This document shows, in pieces, positions 17,259-25,481 of a DNA stretch of 37,188 nt. The notes beneath the pieces were generated by a model, which saw only the letters and a list, made by a program, of their open reading frames with translations, had not been told where the DNA came from and did not search any database. The stretch is taken from contig CAZGLN010000002.1 in NCBI GenBank assembly GCA_964526545.1, forward strand, positions 1-37,188, given 5' to 3'. Numbering within the stretch: position 1 is the first letter of the stretch; the number at the start of each line of letters is the position of its first letter. This stretch comes from an uncultured Chthonomonadales bacterium (GTDB taxonomy: Bacteria; Armatimonadota; Chthonomonadetes; Chthonomonadales; CAJBBX01). Both the position numbers and the translations under genes were made by a program.

Positions 17259-19910
17259 CTACCGTGTTACGACATGCGCCACCGGCACACTGGCGGATTG
17301 CCCATCCGCGGTGCGCCCCGTGATAAGTATTGTGTACAGACCGGCGGGCACTGCCGCTCCACGCGAGTCGCGGTAGTCCCATGTCATCTGCACGGTGCCG
17401 CCCGCCGCCGCATCTCGTGAAGAGAGCGTGCGCAGGGTCCGGCCATCCGCGCTAAGCACCTGCACCTGTACCGAGGCATCCTGCGTCGCGGTGAACTGCA
17501 CCGTCGCGCTCTGGCCCGCCTGACGCGTGCGGACTGCCGCGTTGACGATGCGGAAGGCTCCGCCACTTCTCGGCACGGCTGTTACAACTACCTGGCGCGT
17601 GCCTGTCTGCCCGGTGTTGACCCGCAACGAGGAGAGCTGCCGCATTGCGCGCCGCTGGCCCGTAGCGGGGTCTGTAATGTATAACTCGTAGCCTCTGGGC
17701 AGGTTACGCAGGTCCGGCCACGAGAGGGTAACCTCGGCATCTGGCCCGGGGCTGCTCACCACGAAGGTCCACTGCTTCTGCGTGGGAGTGGCAGCCTGGA
17801 TATCCTGCATGTAGAGTCCCGCGCGCCCACCCCAACTGCTCCGCTCGATCGCGAGGCCGTATCCAGCCAGCATCGCGGGCGGCTGCTCTACATCCAGAAG
17901 GTCGAAACCATCCGCGGCGGTCTGCCCCACACCAATGTGACTCCTGGCGACCTGTTTGCCTTCGGCGGTGGCCACCACCTGTACCCGCCACAGCGGGCTC
18001 GGGCGCGAAGACCTCGTAGTGATCCGCGCGGAACGATTTGCGGGCGCGGGAATCAACAACGAGATGGTGGGCTTGAGCGCGCGCACCCAGTATCCCGTGA
18101 AGGGAACGAGCTCCGTGCTGAAGTCCTGATCCCACTCGTACCGTCGGGCTGCCGTGTCATACCGGTAGATGGTCGGCAGTATCCACTGGTGCTGCGCGTC
18201 GGAGGCGACCTCTACCGGCAGCGGCTTGAGATAATCCGGATCCGTGACATCGGTGTTGATCACCATGATGTCGCCCCAGCGCACGCGGAGTCCAAACGGG
18301 TTGCCAATCTGGTTCCAGCTGTTGCGCAACGGTATTTCAAAGTCCCCAGACAGCGGCACCGGGTTCGCACCCGTCAGATTGAGGCCCGTCTTGGATGTGG
18401 CAATCCAGTAGCCCTCGCCCGGCCGCAGGAACTGCACAGCCTCATACAGCCGCGACTGGGAGTTCCACCGAAGCAGATCGAACTCGAACGGGCTCAGACC
18501 GAACGCAGTGCTTGGCGTCGGATTATCGAAGCTGAACGGGAATGAAACCATCTCGAACGGACCGCCCGTGAGGCCCACCGAGGGCAGCGACGGGATGTCA
18601 ATGCTGCGCACCACGCTCACGCCCTGGCCGCCCGGATCCGCCGCGAAGGAGACCGCGTAGCTCAGCCTTCCCGAGGCGGCGCCTGTCGCAACCACACTCC
18701 AACTGAATGTCGCCTGGGCGTCTGGTGCCAGAGTGGGTGCCGTCTTGCGGGCCGTCTCTCCCTCGGCCAACTGGAAGCCCTGCGGCAGCGAGAGCAACGC
18801 CTGCACGTTGGAGAGGTTGATGGTGTTGTGGTTCACCAGGAACGCGGTGATTGTGAGCGGGTTTGGCGAGAGCCGCTCATCGGCGGCAGTGTTCGGATCG
18901 TTCGTCTTGGTGGAATCGAACTGCAGCGAGAACGGCCCATCCACTCCCGCCGAGAGCCGTGCGCCGAAATCAATGGTGCTGTGCGCGGGCCCTATCACCA
19001 CGGTGTAGGTGGGCGGGAAGAGATCGTTCGCGGGCAGTACGCGATCGGTGAAGAAGATGGCCGCCGCGCCGTCACCCGTGCCGGAGTTCACGAAATCGAA
19101 GGTTGGATCCACCACCACATCAAACAGCGGCACGGTAACGGCCGTCTGCCGAGCGAAGACCACGCGATCCGGTGTCGTCGGCGCCGTGGAGCCTGCCACC
19201 GGAACGAGCGGGCCGCCCACCATCTTGGTGTTGGTGGAATCGAACGCATGCCAGGTGGCGGGGATGGAGCCGCTCGCAAAGGAGCGCTCCTGCGTTATCT
19301 GCCCGGCGCCTCCAAGCACCACCGGACCATCCGGCGAATTCGGCACGTTGTAGTCCGAGGCAAAGCGCAAGGCCACGCGATGTGTCTGCGTGTCGCGATT
19401 GATGACGGTGAACTCGTAGACAGCCACATCGTTGACCAGCCGAAGCACGAGGCCGACTTCGATAGGCGGCACGGTTGGTGTGCTGCTGCCCGGAAGAGTG
19501 GTCCAGCGCGCAACAATTCGGTTGCCCTGAACCGTCGGCTGCTGCAGCCACTGTCCCTGGCTGTTCGCGTCGTCGCCGAATATCAGGTCCCAACCGCCGG
19601 CCTCCGTATTGTTCGGGTCTGGGCCGCCATCAATGCGCACGGTCAGGTAGCTGCCGGGCTTGGTTGCGCCGGCGGGGATGCCCATGAGCACGCCGCCCTG
19701 CTGCCCACTCTCGGCCATGACGAATCGGCCCGCGGCATTGACGCTGTTATCCTGGCCGGATACGCCCACACCCGCGATGATCCGCGCATTCGACAACGTC
19801 CTGTATACGCCCTGGGCCTGGACCGTTGCAGTCAGACCAAGCAACGCGCCTATCAACGGCAAGGAGAACGCGAGGTTTCGCCACGCGCTTCCAACCGAAT
19901 ACCACCGCAT
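17259..19910 (-). CDS. Secreted protein (~883 aa) with an unrecognised N-terminal ~530 aa and the shared C-terminal cassette
   Basis: Preferred start is the ATG at 19910 (GGGAGGGG SD; signal peptide MRWYSVGSAWRNLAFSLPLIGALLGLTATVQAQG). The ORF-track start at 20006 adds an Arg-rich leader. The C-terminus reads ...SWNQIGNPF...TGYWVRA...ADGFDLLDVEQPP...TVQMTWDYRDSRGAAVPAGLYTILITGRTADGQSASVPVAHVVTR. Confidence 0.85.
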   Translation of the reverse strand: MRWYSVGSAWRNLAFSLPLIGALLGLTATVQAQGVYRTLSNARIIAGVGVSGQDNSVNAAGRFVMAESGQQGGVLMGIPAGATKPGSYLTVRIDGGPDPNNTEAGGWDLIFGDDANSQGQWLQQPTVQGNRIVARWTTLPGSSTPTVPPIEVGLVLRLVNDVAVYEFTVINRDTQTHRVALRFASDYNVPNSPDGPVVLGGAGQITQERSFASGSIPATWHAFDSTNTKMVGGPLVPVAGSTAPTTPDRVVFARQTAVTVPLFDVVVDPTFDFVNSGTGDGAAAIFFTDRVLPANDLFPPTYTVVIGPAHSTIDFGARLSAGVDGPFSLQFDSTKTNDPNTAADERLSPNPLTITAFLVNHNTINLSNVQALLSLPQGFQLAEGETARKTAPTLAPDAQATFSWSVVATGAASGRLSYAVSFAADPGGQGVSVVRSIDIPSLPSVGLTGGPFEMVSFPFSFDNPTPSTAFGLSPFEFDLLRWNSQSRLYEAVQFLRPGEGYWIATSKTGLNLTGANPVPLSGDFEIPLRNSWNQIGNPFGLRVRWGDIMVINTDVTDPDYLKPLPVEVASDAQHQWILPTIYRYDTAARRYEWDQDFSTELVPFTGYWVRALKPTISLLIPAPANRSARITTRSSRPSPLWRVQVVATAEGKQVARSHIGVGQTAADGFDLLDVEQPPAMLAGYGLAIERSSWGGRAGLYMQDIQAATPTQKQWTFVVSSPGPDAEVTLSWPDLRNLPRGYELYITDPATGQRRAMRQLSSLRVNTGQTGTRQVVVTAVPRSGGAFRIVNAAVRTRQAGQSATVQFTATQDASVQVQVLSADGRTLRTLSSRDAAAGGTVQMTWDYRDSRGAAVPAGLYTILITGRTADGQSASVPVAHVVTR

Positions 19911-20095
19911 CGATAGAACCCCTCCCTGGCGGTCCGCAGGCGGCCTGCTTCGCCGATATCGCGGCTTTGCCCGCACCCCCACTGCGCGCCCATGTAGCAA
20001 CGCCAAACATGCGCTGCGACTGGGGATGCCTGCTACTTACCCGTCCGCCCCTTTCTCAGGGCGCAAAACACCCGGCGGACCGGACGCTCTTTTCA

Positions 20096-20126
20096 CCGGG
20101 GGCGCTCTACATTCCTGCGCCCCCGG
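20096..20126 (-). terminator. Perfect 10-bp GC hairpin about 58 nt downstream of the S8 protease stop
   Basis: CCGGGGGCGC-N11-GCGCCCCCGG. No U-tract on the minus strand. Confidence 0.35.
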
Positions 20127-20183
20127 CACCTTCGTTGGTCACCCGGCCATCCAACACCGAGCACTAAGCGTTGGCTGTCCGGC

Positions 20184-23100
20184 CTATCTCGTGAACGTAA
20201 ACGGCCGCACAACGCGGGCAACATCACCCTCGGAACCCACTGCCCTGATCTGTATCAAGTAGGTTCCTGCGGGCACCTTGCGGCCGCCTCCATCCGCGCC
20301 CGTCCAGACCAGCCTCACATCGCCCGCCGAGGCGGATCGCGACGCCAATGTGGCTATCGGCGCGCCAGCCGCGTTCAGCACCTGCACTTCGTAGGTTACG
20401 GCGTCGCCGCTCAGCGTGAAGCCGACGAGCGCTGTTCCCTCGGACCTGCCGGTGCCACCAGAGCGAATGCTCACGTTGGTGATTCGCAGAACGTCACCTA
20501 CCGCGGACTTCGCCGTGATGGTGAAGCGGCGTGTGGTGGCCTCATCAGAGCTCTTGAACGTAATGGATCCGCGCGACCGCATGTCGAGCGTCTGGCCCGT
20601 GGTCTCATCCTTGATGGTGAGCCGCACGCTCTTGGGCACCCCCGCGATGCCGTTCCATCTAACCGTCACGTCGGTGTTCGGCAGGTCGGTAGACGCAACA
20701 ACCGTCCAGCTCTTGGTACCCGTGCCGCCCCGAATGTCCTGGGCATAGAGGCCGCTGAGCGCTCCCCAACTGTCGTTGACCACGCCGACAGAGACGTACG
20801 GCGACATCGTGGGCGGCTTCGCCACGTCGCGCAGGTCGAAAGAGTCCGATGCGCGACTGCTCATGCCGATGAAGTTCTGCGTGTCGCTGATGCCCCTGGC
20901 CGTAGCCTCCAGGCGCAAGAACCAGCCGCCCTTCTCCACCGAAGGCGTTACGGCGCGGCTCTCGGCAGCCCGCGTGCGGGATGGCGGCACCACCAGGGCG
21001 ATATCCGGCTTGCCTGGTCCAACCGCCAGCCAGTGCCCGGTCCAGGCACGCAGAGCGCCATCCGGCAGGGTCCGGAACGTGTAGCCGTTCTGGCTGTCGA
21101 AGCTGTAGATGTTCGGCAGCAGATAGCCCTTGTCCACAGCAATCTTCACGGAGAGCCGGCCCTCGGGCGTATCCACGAGGCAGGAATTGAACGGAACATC
21201 GAACGGGAAAGGACAACCCACCATGTTCCACCCGATGGATTGGCCGCCCGGCGCCGCCTGAAGCGGGATGATGAAGGGCCTCGAGGTCAGAGGCTGACCG
21301 CGGGTAACCACCGGCTTCACGCTCTCGGTATCCGCGAAGAAGGCAAGGCCTACGGGTCCGCGCAGGAAGCCGCTTGTCGCCGGATCACCATCCTGCCGCA
21401 CGGCCACCCCTGTCTTGTCGAAGGAGGCTCCATCCTCCTTGGCGCCGGTGGAAGCGTAGAAGGCATAGCGCCCGGTAGCCGTCGACCGGCCATTCGCAAT
21501 GCCCACCGTGTCATACACCCAGCGCGCCAGTCGGAAGTCCGTGCCGAAGTAGCCCTCCGGCGTCGCGCCGTTCTCAAAGTAGGGTATGGCGATCATGGAG
21601 CGTCCGGCGGGGATCTGGCGCGGCGTGATAGTGAAGAACCGGATATCAGTTACCGTCTTACCGGCCTTTGTTCCGCTGACTTCGATGGTGTGCGGTCCGG
21701 GCGAAAGCAGCCGCGTGCGCACCACCGCGTCATAGTTCAGCGGCACATCATTGCCCTGCTGGTCGCGGATGCTCGCCGTGATGTTCTCGATCACGTAGTC
21801 CGTAATGACCGTTCCATCCAGCTTGAAGACGAAGTCCGCGGGCGGAACCTGGCGCACGGCTACGCGCAGGGTCGGCATCAGGGTCTCAACGGGATCAGGA
21901 AGCCTGCCGCCACCACCGCCGGCCTTTCCGCCAGTGCCGTCCGGTTCCATCACGGTCACCGAGACAGCCACCTTCTCGAGCGCGGCCGCGGCGTCCACGA
22001 TGCCGTATCCGTACTCCGGGCTCGGCACGCGGAAGCCGCTCACCGGCCTGGCTGTGCTGGTGAGCACATCCTTCACGTCACCCGGGGAGACTCCGGGAAT
22101 CGAGAGCAGAAGCGCCACGACACCCGCCACCTGCGGGCTGGCCATCGAGGTGCCTTCCTGGAACCCGTACGACCCCGCCGCGACGGGAAAAGTGCTCAGG
22201 ATGGTCGTACCTACCGTGCTGTCGCCTCCAGGCGCGGCCACGGTGGAGTAGGGACGGAACTGCGAATAGACGGCCCTCAGCCCTGTTTGACCCGTCGCGG
22301 TGACGCAGAGAATATTCCGATGCGCGGAGGCCATGTTGGCGGGGTTGAAGGGTGGGTTGCCTCCGGCGCCGTCATTGCCGGCACCGCAGACGATGACGAT
22401 GCCCGCGTTTGCAAGCGCGAGGAGCTTGGCGTTTTCCGGATCTGCAAGGTTCGGCGTGTCGGAGGCATCGGCCGCACCCAGGCTCAAGTTCATCACTACC
22501 TGGCGGGTCGGGTTGTTCGTCTTGTGCGCCAGGACGAAATCATAGGCGGCGATAAGTGCCGCGGAGGAGAATCCGCCCACGCCGTTATCGGCATTGATGG
22601 CAAGCAGGCGTGTATTATCCCAGGCCACGCCAGCAACGCCTATCCCGTTATTGGCCTGCGCCATGGCGATGCCGGCGACATGCGTTCCGTGCGTTTCGGT
22701 GTTCGGCACGGGCCGCGGATCGTTCGTCCCGCTCACCGAGTTAAAGCCAGGCAGCGTTCGTCCCTGAAACTCCGGATGGTCCACGTCGGTGCCGTTATCC
22801 ACCACGGCGATAGTAACGTGCGACTGCCCCTTCTCAATCGCCCATGCCTGCGGCATGCGCATCTGGATGTGGCCCCACTGCTCGCCGAACCGCGGGTCAT
22901 TCGGCACCGCGGTACCGGACTGCAGCTTGTACTTCAGGCTGTTGTGGTGGGCGAAGAGCACCCGACCGTCGGCCCGCAGCTGCGCCAGCAACGCGGTCGT
23001 CTGCTCCGCGGTCGGGTTCGCCGCGTTCATGCGCAGATGGTAGACGTCCCGCGCTCCCTGCCCGTCAATGTTGGGAAACGCCTGCCGGACTTGCAGGTTG

Positions 23101-23282
23101 TAGGCTGCGGCAATCTGATCAACAGCCGCCCGGGCGGTCCCGCCCGGCACGGTGATCAGCACCTCGCCGTTAACGAAGGCCGGCCGAACCACCTGCTGCG
23201 CCGATGCGCCCGGATAGCCCAGAACGCTCAGCACCGCGGCGAGCCCCAGCGCGCGAACAGCTATTTGAAGCCACTTGTGCAT
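20184..23282 (-). CDS. Secreted S8 (subtilisin-family) serine protease with an I9-like propeptide and the shared C-terminal cassette
   Basis: GAGAGGAG SD, with GTG at 23285 and ATG at 23282 in tandem. Signal peptide MHKWLQIAVRALGLAAVLSVLGYPGASAQ. Catalytic motifs: AVVDNGTDVDHPEF (Asp), HGTHVAGI (His), GTSMASPQVAG (Ser). The C-terminus reads ...GWNMVGCPFPF...TGHWLAV...ASDSFDLRDVAKPP...DVRLVWTGADGGGRKVPAGTYLIQIRAVGSEGDVARVVRPFTFTR. Confidence 0.9.
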   Translation of the reverse strand: MHKWLQIAVRALGLAAVLSVLGYPGASAQQVVRPAFVNGEVLITVPGGTARAAVDQIAAAYNLQVRQAFPNIDGQGARDVYHLRMNAANPTAEQTTALLAQLRADGRVLFAHHNSLKYKLQSGTAVPNDPRFGEQWGHIQMRMPQAWAIEKGQSHVTIAVVDNGTDVDHPEFQGRTLPGFNSVSGTNDPRPVPNTETHGTHVAGIAMAQANNGIGVAGVAWDNTRLLAINADNGVGGFSSAALIAAYDFVLAHKTNNPTRQVVMNLSLGAADASDTPNLADPENAKLLALANAGIVIVCGAGNDGAGGNPPFNPANMASAHRNILCVTATGQTGLRAVYSQFRPYSTVAAPGGDSTVGTTILSTFPVAAGSYGFQEGTSMASPQVAGVVALLLSIPGVSPGDVKDVLTSTARPVSGFRVPSPEYGYGIVDAAAALEKVAVSVTVMEPDGTGGKAGGGGGRLPDPVETLMPTLRVAVRQVPPADFVFKLDGTVITDYVIENITASIRDQQGNDVPLNYDAVVRTRLLSPGPHTIEVSGTKAGKTVTDIRFFTITPRQIPAGRSMIAIPYFENGATPEGYFGTDFRLARWVYDTVGIANGRSTATGRYAFYASTGAKEDGASFDKTGVAVRQDGDPATSGFLRGPVGLAFFADTESVKPVVTRGQPLTSRPFIIPLQAAPGGQSIGWNMVGCPFPFDVPFNSCLVDTPEGRLSVKIAVDKGYLLPNIYSFDSQNGYTFRTLPDGALRAWTGHWLAVGPGKPDIALVVPPSRTRAAESRAVTPSVEKGGWFLRLEATARGISDTQNFIGMSSRASDSFDLRDVAKPPTMSPYVSVGVVNDSWGALSGLYAQDIRGGTGTKSWTVVASTDLPNTDVTVRWNGIAGVPKSVRLTIKDETTGQTLDMRSRGSITFKSSDEATTRRFTITAKSAVGDVLRITNVSIRSGGTGRSEGTALVGFTLSGDAVTYEVQVLNAAGAPIATLASRSASAGDVRLVWTGADGGGRKVPAGTYLIQIRAVGSEGDVARVVRPFTFTR

Positions 23283-23308
23283 CACGTGAACTCCTCTCTC
23301 ACCGACCT

Positions 23309-23335
23309 CCCGCGGGCCATCTTCCGGCCCGCGGG
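23309..23335 (-). terminator. Perfect 10-bp GC hairpin in the 71-nt gap between the 638-aa gene and the S8 protease gene
   Basis: CCCGCGGGCC-N7-GGCCCGCGGG, lying between the stop at 23357 and the SD/start at about 23285. Too close to the next start to leave room for a promoter, so it more likely acts as an attenuator or processing/stability element. Confidence 0.35.
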
Positions 23336-23356
23336 GCTACGCCGAATATCCGCAAG

Positions 23357-25273
23357 CTAGGGCGGTGGCGGCGGCGCGTCGGCCGGCTGGAAGCTCCTGG
23401 GCTGGGAATAGACGAACCGGAAGGCCATGTCGCCGGACTTAGCGTTGCGAGTCATCGCATCCACGGGCCCTGGCCTATCCTGGCGATTGCGTGCGCCAAC
23501 CCTCCAGAAGATGGTCGGCCGGATTGCGCCTGCCGCGCCGTCCTCCCAGTTTCTGAAGGCCGCATCCCGTCGAAGTACGGGATTGTTGCTCAGGTTCACG
23601 ACCGTATCGAGCCGCTGCTGCACGCCGTTCGGCGGCGGCGAGGCGAACTGCTTGAGCGGCAGCTGCAGGATGAGCTGCTTGTTGCGGAACGTGCCGTCGG
23701 TGGAGACCTCCACCTGGTACTCATCCGCGCCCGTGGTCGAAAGCCACCGTGGATCAAACCGCGTGATGTCAATAGAGCCCACGCCGTCCGCCGGGCTGGC
23801 CAACTGCACGGGATTGACGGGCGTTACCGGGCCGGAGGGCACGGGATCGGTGCCGACATCCTCAAAGGTAACACCCTGGTTGCCGCCCTGGTTGTTGTTG
23901 TTGTTGTTGATGAACTGCCTCTGGATGACGGCGGAGAGCAGATAGCGGTAGGTAAGCCCCGTAACGAATCCCCGAGGGGTATCGGCATCCGCGGGATCGG
24001 GCGTTACCACCGTTGAGAGGCCGCCCTGGTTGTTGTTGTTATCACCCGTATTCCGCGGCGGCTGATGGAAACTTCGCCCGCCGCCCCAGAAGGTGGATGG
24101 CGCAGGATGGTCGGTGTAGGTCCGCTGACCGCCGTTCAGCGCGGCCACCGGCGTGCCGGTGAGGTTATACGGCGCGTCGCGGTCTCGCCATACCTGGTAC
24201 TCGAACGTGCCGGCCCCCCAGATGTTGTCTCTCCAGGTAAGCCGAACCGCCGCGGCGCCCAGATCCTGATCTGCCTCCGCAGTCACGTTTGTAACGGAGG
24301 AGCTGCTGCCCCCGCCGACGGCAGTGGCAATCGCGGCGCCGATCACAAGAACCGTCAAGATCTTGCCCAGGCTGTTCATTCCCGATTTCGCGCTCGTCCG
24401 CGTCGGCTGCGTGCCCACGCCAGCGCCCGCCGGGAACGGCGGCATTGGGAAGACCGCCCGCAGCTTGTCCTCGATGCGCACGCCCAGCGGATCGCTGATG
24501 ATGCGCGCCTCGGACATCGCCGGAAACACCTGCGTGAGCTCGATCTCGGCGACTCGCTGGCGATCGCGCGTAGCGATCAGCCGCATGCCCGGCTGCATGC
24601 CATCGCGCGATCCTCTATTGACCACCACCTGCACGTTCGGCTTGGTGCCGATGGTGCCGATGACCGCGGCGCTGGGCAGCGTGTAGCTGAGAATCTGCTT
24701 TACAGACTGCACGGCGGCATTCTGCGCAGCTTCCTGGATGAGCTGATCCTCGTCCGCAAGGCCTGGCCTGGCGCGCGCCACTCCGACCTGCGACGCGCCG
24801 TTCAGCAGGTCACCCGTGGCGCCTTCAATCACGCGCACGCGAAGGCCCACCTGGACCTCCTTGGCGGCGCCCTTCGGCGCGGTTACCCTCACGAAGGCAA
24901 TCTCGCCCGTGATCACCGTATTGATGTTGAGCGCCGCACTCAACCGGCTGATCGCTACACTGTCAAACGGCGGCCGAAGGAGATTCTTGCGGATCTCCGC
25001 CTCCACCGTCTGCTCTGGCAGCGGCGTGAACTTGCCCGATGCGGAGAGCTCATTCGATACCTGGTCGGTTGCCAGCTTCGCGAGCGCTGCACCGAGGTTG
25101 CCGGCCTTGTTCTCAAACCGGAGCACGGCGACGTCCTGCGCGACGCCCGTGCCCGTGCCCTGCGCCGTGGCGAGCGTGGGCCGGAACGCACCGGCGGCAA
25201 TCGTCGTGATCATGGCGAAAGTAAGCAGCCAGCTTACGAGCCGGGCCGCCCTGCTCTTTCTGATCCGCTTCAC
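23357..25273 (-). CDS. Membrane protein (638 aa): CsgG/LpoB/TolB-N-like domain, small beta-barrel-like domain, central hydrophobic helix, two FN3-like domains with poly-Asn linkers, and a poly-Pro C-terminus
   Basis: GTG start with GGGAGGA SD. N-terminal signal/anchor LVSWLLTFAMITTIAAGAF..ATAQG. Domain pattern: VAVLRFENKAGN...LATDQVSNELSASGKFTPL...LNINTVITGEIAFVRV...VGLRVRVIEGATGDLL. Central hydrophobic segment ILTVLVIGAAIATAVGG. FN3-like segments: AVRLTWRD...FEYQVWRD and ADEYQVEVSTDGTF. Ends ADAPPPPP. Confidence 0.8.
   Translation of the reverse strand: MKRIRKSRAARLVSWLLTFAMITTIAAGAFRPTLATAQGTGTGVAQDVAVLRFENKAGNLGAALAKLATDQVSNELSASGKFTPLPEQTVEAEIRKNLLRPPFDSVAISRLSAALNINTVITGEIAFVRVTAPKGAAKEVQVGLRVRVIEGATGDLLNGASQVGVARARPGLADEDQLIQEAAQNAAVQSVKQILSYTLPSAAVIGTIGTKPNVQVVVNRGSRDGMQPGMRLIATRDRQRVAEIELTQVFPAMSEARIISDPLGVRIEDKLRAVFPMPPFPAGAGVGTQPTRTSAKSGMNSLGKILTVLVIGAAIATAVGGGSSSSVTNVTAEADQDLGAAAVRLTWRDNIWGAGTFEYQVWRDRDAPYNLTGTPVAALNGGQRTYTDHPAPSTFWGGGRSFHQPPRNTGDNNNNQGGLSTVVTPDPADADTPRGFVTGLTYRYLLSAVIQRQFINNNNNNQGGNQGVTFEDVGTDPVPSGPVTPVNPVQLASPADGVGSIDITRFDPRWLSTTGADEYQVEVSTDGTFRNKQLILQLPLKQFASPPPNGVQQRLDTVVNLSNNPVLRRDAAFRNWEDGAAGAIRPTIFWRVGARNRQDRPGPVDAMTRNAKSGDMAFRFVYSQPRSFQPADAPPPPP
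23891..23908 (-). repeat. (GTT)6 microsatellite on the plus strand, encoding Asn6; a second (GTT)4 lies at 24029-24040
   Basis: The motifs read directly as gttgttgttgttgttgtt and gttgttgttgtt. Both are preceded by gccgccctg, giving NNNN(NN)QGG in the protein. Confidence 0.9.
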
Positions 25274-25434
25274 TCTGATAGTTCCTCCCTCGATGACGTT
25301 CGCCTTACACCGGAACCGGAACGTACCGGGCGGGTTATCGAACGCTGAACAGATCTGCGGTTCCGTCTCGACTACGTGCTAGGAGGCAGAGCGCACGTCC
25401 TCCTCCTCGCCGGACCGTCTACCGCATGGAGGCA

Positions 25435-25463
25435 GGGCGAGCCCGTCACCGATTAGCTCGCCC
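25435..25463 (-). terminator. 8-bp GC hairpin 19 nt downstream of the first large gene of the locus
   Basis: GGGCGAGC-N13-GCTCGCCC. No U-tract. Confidence 0.3.
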
Positions 25464-25481
25464 CGCACACCAACGAACGCA

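Noticed and set aside
21033-23360. 775-aa plus-strand ORF antisense to the S8 protease. Similar cases: 18828..19916, 29596..31047, 31291..32892, 1556..2815 and 5359..6138.
   Set aside because: All are antisense to genes with catalytic or family motifs (S8 triad, PD40 blades, CoaE/S1, beta-CA) and have junk-like Arg-rich composition.
8115-25463. Intergenic hairpins as copies of a REP/MITE-like mobile repeat
   Set aside because: The stems have unrelated sequences and different loop sizes. They share only GC-richness and their position after stop codons.
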